Below are positions 50,901 through 52,513 of a DNA stretch of 52,513 nucleotides, piece by piece. Every line of letters starts with the position of its first letter. Positions within the stretch are counted from its first letter, which is position 1. The position numbers were made by a program, and so were the translations under genes. Below the pieces are notes generated by a model. That model made no database searches and was not told the origin of the DNA. It saw nothing but the letters and a program-made list of their open reading frames with translations. The stretch is from a virus (Duplodnaviria > Caudoviricetes): the IMG/VR virus record IMGVR_UViG_3300025345_000016, positions 1 to 52,513 of that record. One strand, 5' to 3'.

Positions 50901-51412
50901 GAATAAGAATAATAAGATGGAAATTCTGTAGAAACAATATCATGATATTTTTTAATTGCAAAAATTAATTTTTCAAATATTTCATTTTTAGAGAGAGAAC
51001 GATTTTCTTGTATTCTTTCTATTTCGATATCTCCCCAAGGATGAGGTAGTGATAATAATGATTTAATTTCAGGATACTGATTTAATACTTCTTGTATTTT
51101 ATTTTTACCGGAATTAATTTTTAATATTTCATCAATTTGTTTTTGGATTTCTTCTGATTTTGGAAATTCCGTTCTAACATATTTTAAAAATACTGGAGAT
51201 TCGAGTATTTCCTCAATCATTTCTTTATCTCCCAAGAAATCATCATTAGAATATTTAGAAGATATATATGATGCAATTCCGTTTGTATGTTTTTTGATAT
51301 AATTCACCATTTTTCTTCCTATGTTCTTTTCTAATTCTTCTCTTTCGATATTTTCAATGTCATTTACCCCATTCAAATGGGGATCTTTACGGTTGTTTTT
51401 CTCTAACTTCAT
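44987..51412 (-). CDS. dnaB: 2141-aa protein with central DnaB-family replicative helicase domain and Cys-rich region
   Basis: GARPSIGKT, FISLE, IFVDYLQ, LSQLNR, DLKGSGDIEQEAD, KNRDG; six CxxC pairs follow; SD AAGGAGG. Confidence 0.85.
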   Translation of the reverse strand: MKLEKNNRKDPHLNGVNDIENIEREELEKNIGRKMVNYIKKHTNGIASYISSKYSNDDFLGDKEMIEEILESPVFLKYVRTEFPKSEEIQKQIDEILKINSGKNKIQEVLNQYPEIKSLLSLPHPWGDIEIERIQENRSLSKNEIFEKLIFAIKKYHDIVSTEFPSYYSYSSILERFAIVFSSIKESLDKSNWTEINNGNITTIPLHNICAYSVVTVREYLKRLGKPELFDLLKEISYLYSLYSGIKVSPFEVCISSLNIPLLVFIGFITINDINVKINEISEGKNLKLIINIPLIENLIKNDFSFIRKMIDYNVDEYKVKLSLNSNHTFTFRVLERQDEIIRVYTDLNYLSVLVDEILLNPIKKEPKEYSKILNEDVVKDTIQIPEYIPYAFSLIPYLYIDFNLSPNDEYTIEEIEEIRHNLKEMSKLIDRVNYQNIKTKFDNVRTVNSYLKVKLNNDQIIVDLENVSLETRRLIYYMFKTVYPNSVFIVRDKLYTIEDAYDIKQDIKEILEKSFISLLIFRSKEVKPYLHYFEIFVKFLFNSPSQYIFEKIYKSTEEIKSPYTFILDLSNDEEFLGTIMDTGIDQNFHEYLYEYYEKSYKNVLKSLENATLEDYLLYIYNQFVDIFKEHILGLQNYDLIKKYEEYFNKKESFGEEKYLITTEEILQKSLSDLFMYRSHFRDLDDLMEIKSGNLIVIGARPSIGKTSFALNYVLSLLTLHPDIKIGFISLETQKEYLGLRILQILLGLDKKTLIDKYMKKDEEFENTLKMINDYYLSRLIIINNTYELSEIENVIEQMVKENKVNLIFVDYLQRMNVIVDKKNVSNTYIGITLSIKSFSTLSKKLNIPIFVLSQLNREIEKRKKNDVLLTDLKGSGDIEQEADIVILMNRNRVSVDVNDVEFNLIKNRDGKIGTINMLFKGNYFRFAPLDNKNMLEPDFYLNILKEKYEEYLNLKKQETINTNNYENYSDKVVYYCPVCKNYEREIKDGDVIVESLCDDCQNKGYKSYICVNCSNTTYNNTGDVLCENCKKFKDTIVSEFNTQNEIKISNPKELEDGYYTGLTIQCKICGNETLYFYKKHNLCPTCYRHLDKIYLTYGILNIIDPGNQTISEVFNKINDYINNHKIDNENLVKSHNLIELIKDIDNISEEIETLYKNKKFKDLYYLYIKRIYPSLLNGNISEIYNHFRKTVDYLNKNNIKINFDHITYFGPMFILPSKIIVNMNNIIENIKKINEIFYDKEKSSEDKVYIRFLNDDDIKKIKKIVSDIKDKLNNISKFTKFIQINKEQITDYYNLLKEQILNEGNEFYNRYMLLNDRILKLTNNIKQKITLNNILFALYYQYIKDKDFREMINNLTDEELLNTINILINVRYPYKMKNPDEITFYNLSDKITLEVLDINQIPEYVINIYEKIKHFLNHIGYNINLFEKLKEETQEENKNIKIYDMKTSKEGTMTERDLKEIQKTHDVIEGNKIKFIRGVIKTFIFEELGIEEFKPKFYVSTWFNQFYKTSQKIIDLWNNSIKNKNWDEFNNFIKEIRNYDLPEYLHDFQLYINSYHSEINYNDIDEPLDHLYIQHYIRYLKSVKEILNLVKNNKFINKGIIEKIKFEIENMNYVINSLKEHILNDLSLKKNQKEDKNDNNNNDNNNNNNEENNTTNINTISEINEDKNIIRIEEPNYDISQIEEFEKESYQILKEIPLSEEEKTKVNIISNYFKEIIQCTYEYSYVITGLLNNYYNKFLIHFDIDIENAADEYKYRSTFLYQLFQFAIKYVNKIYSTKQKILNKRKISEEHIITFYNNVHDYSKKTIIDESIIPYRKEVLDIVRDNKELYLKSYKLILEKIKDNEKYQPWYNILSVMHKFLNDSYDIFLNIGSILHNVYIDIVKLNSILTKEYDTKQLNKSFLDEILSIISRVYENNRIFKSNIYDLQLSLSKYIKTFTESLKLFENTFFILERNQNNNEYEYHPVLLKLIKELDLKRIDQNHLDVIKHFVDTHIKDGYQDIILSLSSLNILRVFDSLTESNEVKNIQTIIDVFFREINSRLYVPKWLEIYKYLFNYYKDEIIDYVKDRYDIENIDEFLNIFSEIFNSYEKSIDYIKNHKISNTNLLEYTQNEFFVSLFKNIEKLRKLVKSKRNEIEFEV

Positions 51413-51689
51413 AGTTTTTTCCTCCTTTTACTTCGCCATATATTTTATTTTTCAAAATTTCATTTAAATATGAATCTAAAATATCTTTTAAAAATGATAT
51501 TTCTTGTAAATTTAAAGATATGGATAATTTGTGTTTATTGGAATCCGTTATGGTTATAAATACGGATTCGTTTCCTGGTTGTATTTCTATATTTTTCCAT
51601 TCATCATTTCTTTTATGGAAAAATGATATTCCTTTTCTTTCTTTTTGTCCTCCTTTAGGAGGTATATTGCGATTTCTTTTTTCTTTCAT
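51387..51689 (-). CDS. Small hypothetical protein (possible ssDNA-binding fold)
   Basis: 100 aa; SD AGGAG; first gene after the sigma70 promoter. Confidence 0.7.
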   Translation of the reverse strand: MKEKRNRNIPPKGGQKERKGISFFHKRNDEWKNIEIQPGNESVFITITDSNKHKLSISLNLQEISFLKDILDSYLNEILKNKIYGEVKGGKNYEVREKQP

Positions 51690-51737
51690 ATTTCCCTCTC
51701 CTTTATTTTTTACCGGGGATTTTCCCGCGGTATGATA

Positions 51738-51766
51738 ATTTTAAAGCATAAATTTTGAAATGTCAA
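51738..51766 (-). promoter_or_regulatory. Host sigma70-type promoter (early) for the replication operon
   Basis: TTGACA-17 nt-TAAAAT on the minus strand. Confidence 0.8.
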
Positions 51767-51769
51767 GTT

Positions 51770-52320
51770 TACGGATAAATACTATATTTTCATAATTTTA
51801 ATTTCCGGAATTGTTATTAAAAATAAATATTTTAAAATATCGTTTTTAAAAAAAAGAATAATTTAAAAAATAATATTATTTTTTTTTAAAAAACCGTAAA
51901 TATAAATATTAAATATATTTTTAAAAAATTTAAATATCCGGATTTAAAATATATTTTATTATAACCACATATTTTAGATAAATATTTTTAGATTATATAT
52001 ATCATGATTCCGGAATATAAAAATATATTTTAATATATTACGGAATATTAATATAATCTTTTATATATTTTATCGGGAGTATAATATAAAATAATATAAT
52101 ATTCCGGAATTAAATAAATATATAAATATATATTTTTCTTTTCTTTCTTTTTTCTTTTTGTATTACTTTTTCTTTTTTCTTTCTTTTCATTTAAAGATTT
52201 AAAAAAAAATAGAAATTTTTCAATTTTAATCCGGTACCCATTAAAGGTACCGGAAAAATAATAAAATTTCTATATGATTAAATCATTATAATTTTTTAAT
52301 AATTCGATAAATTTTTCATA
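51770..52320. other. AT-rich non-coding region with short palindromes
   Basis: Several TCCGGA-centred palindromes, a pyrimidine tract and the hairpin TCCGGTACC..GGTACCGGA near 52230-52254. Confidence 0.5.
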
Positions 52321-52321
52321 A

Positions 52322-52512
52322 TTACTTTTTGAAATAGCAATAATTTTATGATTACCATGAATGAATTTTAGATCAATTAATTTTATTAATTTTGTGATGT
52401 TAAATTTTTTATTACAAATATTTATTAAATGGACCGAATATTCCTCGGAATTTCTGTTCGAATTTTTGAAATAAATTACTATAATGTTATCATTTAAATC
52501 TAAATTAAAATA
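52322..52512 (-). CDS. 3' end of a gene entering from beyond the window
   Basis: Open frame ...YFNLDLNDNII...ICYFKK-stop. Confidence 0.55.
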
Positions 52513-52513
52513 T

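Noticed and set aside
1428-51735. Many short opposite-strand or nested ORFs in the track (e.g. 1428..1718, 5124..5558, 25440..25754, 33268..33633, 36174..36575, 46337..46528)
   Set aside because: They are antisense shadows of longer genes, with Phe/Ile/Ser-biased composition and no start signals.
52490-52513. Circular or complete genome
   Set aside because: There is no terminal overlap, the edge ORFs do not join in frame, and essential genes are missing.
1-52513. Stop-codon reassignment
   Set aside because: Long intact ORFs under the standard code, with TAA, TGA and TAG all ending genes at sensible junctions.

Overview
A very AT-rich (roughly 20-25% GC by eye) segment of a large tailed-phage genome with a contractile tail. 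It is open at both ends, and no DNA polymerase, prohead protease or tape measure gene was recognised. Most genes are on the minus strand. The window holds terminase, portal, major capsid, tail sheath and tube, a baseplate hub with a transglycosylase-like domain, a tail fibre, a PrkA AAA+/YeaH vWA pair coupled to the portal, two sigma70-like factors, an SNF2-type helicase, a Cas4-like nuclease and a 2141-aa protein with an internal DnaB domain. The most striking element is a 162-nt mini-tmRNA (11835-11996, minus). Its tRNA-Ala-like domain is intact, but it has no recognisable pseudoknot ring and its predicted tag is only (A)DE-stop, an acidic tag expected to resist proteolysis. Also notable are a [G/C]ACATT motif 7-11 nt before about 17 SD-less start codons (putative phage-sigma promoter giving near-leaderless mRNAs), two probable -1 frameshifts, a perfect 56-bp palindrome, a shared N-terminal targeting-like peptide with a K-x-[A/S] motif, and apparent avoidance of AGCT/AGCC. 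All calls come from reading motifs by eye; no database searches were run.
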